DNA from: Anthoceros angustus
Taxonomy: Eukaryota > Plantae > Anthocerotophyta
Length of the DNA stretch: 64,000 nt
Direction of reading: 5' to 3'
Assembly (NCBI GenBank): GCA_010909165.1
Contig: VJWM01000223.1
Span: forward strand, 236,366 to 300,365
In this document: one piece after another, positions 62,301 through 64,000 of the stretch
How the letters are laid out: the number at the start of each line of letters is the position of its first letter
Position numbering within the stretch: position 1 is the stretch's first letter
Program-made: the position numbers and the translations under genes
Notes under the pieces: generated by a model
The model's database searches: none
What the model was told of the DNA's origin: nothing
Seen by the model: only the letters and a program-made list of their open reading frames with translations

Positions 62301-64000
62301 CAGGATGAATGGAGGAGCTGCGGCCGACGCGGAAAAGAAGCTGCTGGTCAATTAAGGAAGGCGAGGGAGGTCTTTGTCTGGCCAGAAGATGGGCGAGGTC
62401 ACGGAAACAAAGGCAGGAGCGGGAACCAGCAGTGAAGAAGTGACAGAGAGCCTCACTGGTGGCCTCGCGGTCTGCCGGCGTGGCGCGACTTTCGTGATGG
62501 CGGGTGCGCGCCAATCCGTGTCGTTGTAGGAAAGTCGTTTAGAGGAATGATAGGCTCCGTTTGCGTTCGTGTGATTCTTACCTTACCGATTGACCTCAAC
62601 GCACATCGCCTAACATCTTAATACGTTCACCGTCTGGGCCCGGTATGGCCAAACGTTTAGGGACCGTTCGGCGTCCGTGTATTCGCGTTAATCACTCCTC
62701 CCATTCCTCTCTCCTCACTCCACTCATGGATCTTAAGGAAGGCGGGTTACCGGCCGGATCTCCTCGTCGTTCACTGGGCCTCTCCGTCAGGGCTCTGCCC
62801 ACGCCTCCGGAGTTCCTCGGCTCGCGTTCCAGTCCAGATTCGGTCTTTGGGTGGCTACAGACGAGCACGGGTCATGACCCTTCCTGCACACCACACGCAC
62901 GTTAGGTCCGGTCACGCGGGATTGATCAATCCTCCGGTGTCAGTTCGCCGTGACTCGGGACTCACGTTCGAGAAGACACAGCGGAGTGCGAGCAGCATCA
63001 ACACCAAGAAAGATGATTTATTGAGCCCGGCCCTCTTATACTACGTCGCGTCTTTATTAATGCGGTGGCCCATTCGGTGTACTGTCGACGCCTACCATCC
63101 TCCCCTCCTCCTATCTCCCGCGTGAAAGGAAGGTCCGGTTCCGCCTTGGGATTGGTGGTCCAATCTCCGTCGACAATCGCGCGCACCCAATCGGATGATC
63201 CGGGCTCCTTTCCCGGAATCACAGGGTTGGGCTCACCGTGATCGGCCGCCCGTTACCAGCGTCATCCTCCCAGCCTTCCGTGGGTCCCCCGGTGGCCCAG
63301 GAGGCCCAGCTCCCCGCGTAAATGATTCCGGGAGAGGAGGGGCCCGCTCACGGATCATCCGATTGGGTGCACCACAACCGCCTGACGGGGATTGGACCAC
63401 CCATTCCGAGGAGGGGCCTGTGACCTTCCCAAATGCCCCAAGCAAGGAGATAGGGGGGATAGGTAGGCGTCATTAGGTATACCAGCTGGCTATCACCGTA
63501 ATAGGGGTGTAAAGACGCCACCTGCAGATAAGAGGGCCGAGGCCGCCTAGTAAAGCATCTTCTCTTGGTGTTGATGCCGCTCTGCACCTTTGTGAGTCTT
63601 TGCTAACGTGAGTCCCGAGTCACCGAAAGGTGCACGATGCCCGGGAGATTGATCAAGGTCCCGTGATTCGGACTTAACGCTGCTGTGGTGTGTGCAGAAG
63701 GTGATCGGTGATCCGTCGCCCGAGCCGCGTCCGACACCGAACTGACTGAACGCTGTGAGCCGAGGAACTCCGGAGGGTGTGTAGAGCCCGGACGAGAGGC
63801 CCATGAACGATTTGAGGAGGTCCGGATCACAGAATCCGCGGCTTTTTTCTAAGATCAAGAGTGTAGCGTGAGAGGAGAGAGGAAAGGACCGATGCGTGAA
63901 GGATGTATGTGAACGATACGGACGCCGAACGGGTCTCAAACGCTTGGCCATACCGGCCTCAGACGGTGAACGTAGAGTAGTTAGAGTATGTGTGTGGAGT
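59310..64000 (-). mobile_element. Probable 3' region of a Gypsy (Tat/Retand-like) LTR element, with an antisense coiled-coil ORF remnant on + and a long structured spacer
   Basis: The minus strand reads GTGGGAGTT|TGTTG at about 59330, resembling a PPT/LTR junction. 60.0-62.55 kb is GC-rich and purine-skewed on +, with frameshifted E/A/R/K-rich coding. No gag/pol motif lies in the window, so the class is inferred. Confidence 0.4.
62622..63974 (+). repeat. ~1.35-kb imperfect inverted repeat (arms about 62622-63233 and 63303-63974); candidate structured RNA
   Basis: Colinear complementary blocks, e.g. 62804-62823/63757-63776, 62950-62968/63605-63623 and 63183-63202/63351-63370. Confidence 0.92.

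Noticed and set aside
62622-63974. Inverted repeat as DIRS terminal repeats or a MITE
   Set aside because: The arms are adjacent (~70-nt loop) and heavily bulged, with no enclosed RT or tyrosine recombinase and no visible TSD; the outer ends may also run past the window.

Overview
Eukaryotic, intron-rich land-plant DNA. The short (~80-130 bp) introns and compact gene spacing suggest a small-genome bryophyte or lycophyte such as a hornwort; that assignment is an inference. Seven conserved multi-exon host genes are recognisable: SF3B2 (-), a SYP2-family syntaxin (+), the P2A Ca/Mn-ATPase ECA3 (-), an RGG/HABP4 RNA-binding protein (+), an EDR4/XLG-like zinc-ribbon protein (+), the BEACH-WD40 protein GFS12 (-) and a RecQ4-type helicase (+). 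An eighth gene (-) encodes a secreted right-handed beta-helix protein of bacterial flavour. Accessory islands lie between the genes: two CRE-like non-LTR retroelement fragments, a fully bounded Ty1/copia element (235-bp TG..TA LTRs, CTGAG TSD) lacking RT/RNaseH, and the probable 3' part of a Gypsy/Tat-like element. Main unexplained signals: (1) a ~1.35-kb bulged inverted repeat at 62.6-64.0 kb whose mismatches favour G-U pairs on the + strand, suggesting a selected rod-like RNA; (2) an intact intronless OTU protease ORF whose catalytic domain is split by ~370 aa of tandem repeats; (3) three AT-rich islands that each carry ubiquitin/SUMO-system domains (F-box; RING-H2 x2 plus Ulp1-like; OTU); (4) recurrent short perfect inverted duplications, one of which appears to be a frame-breaking templated insertion. 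Exon boundaries were read by eye; no database searches were run.
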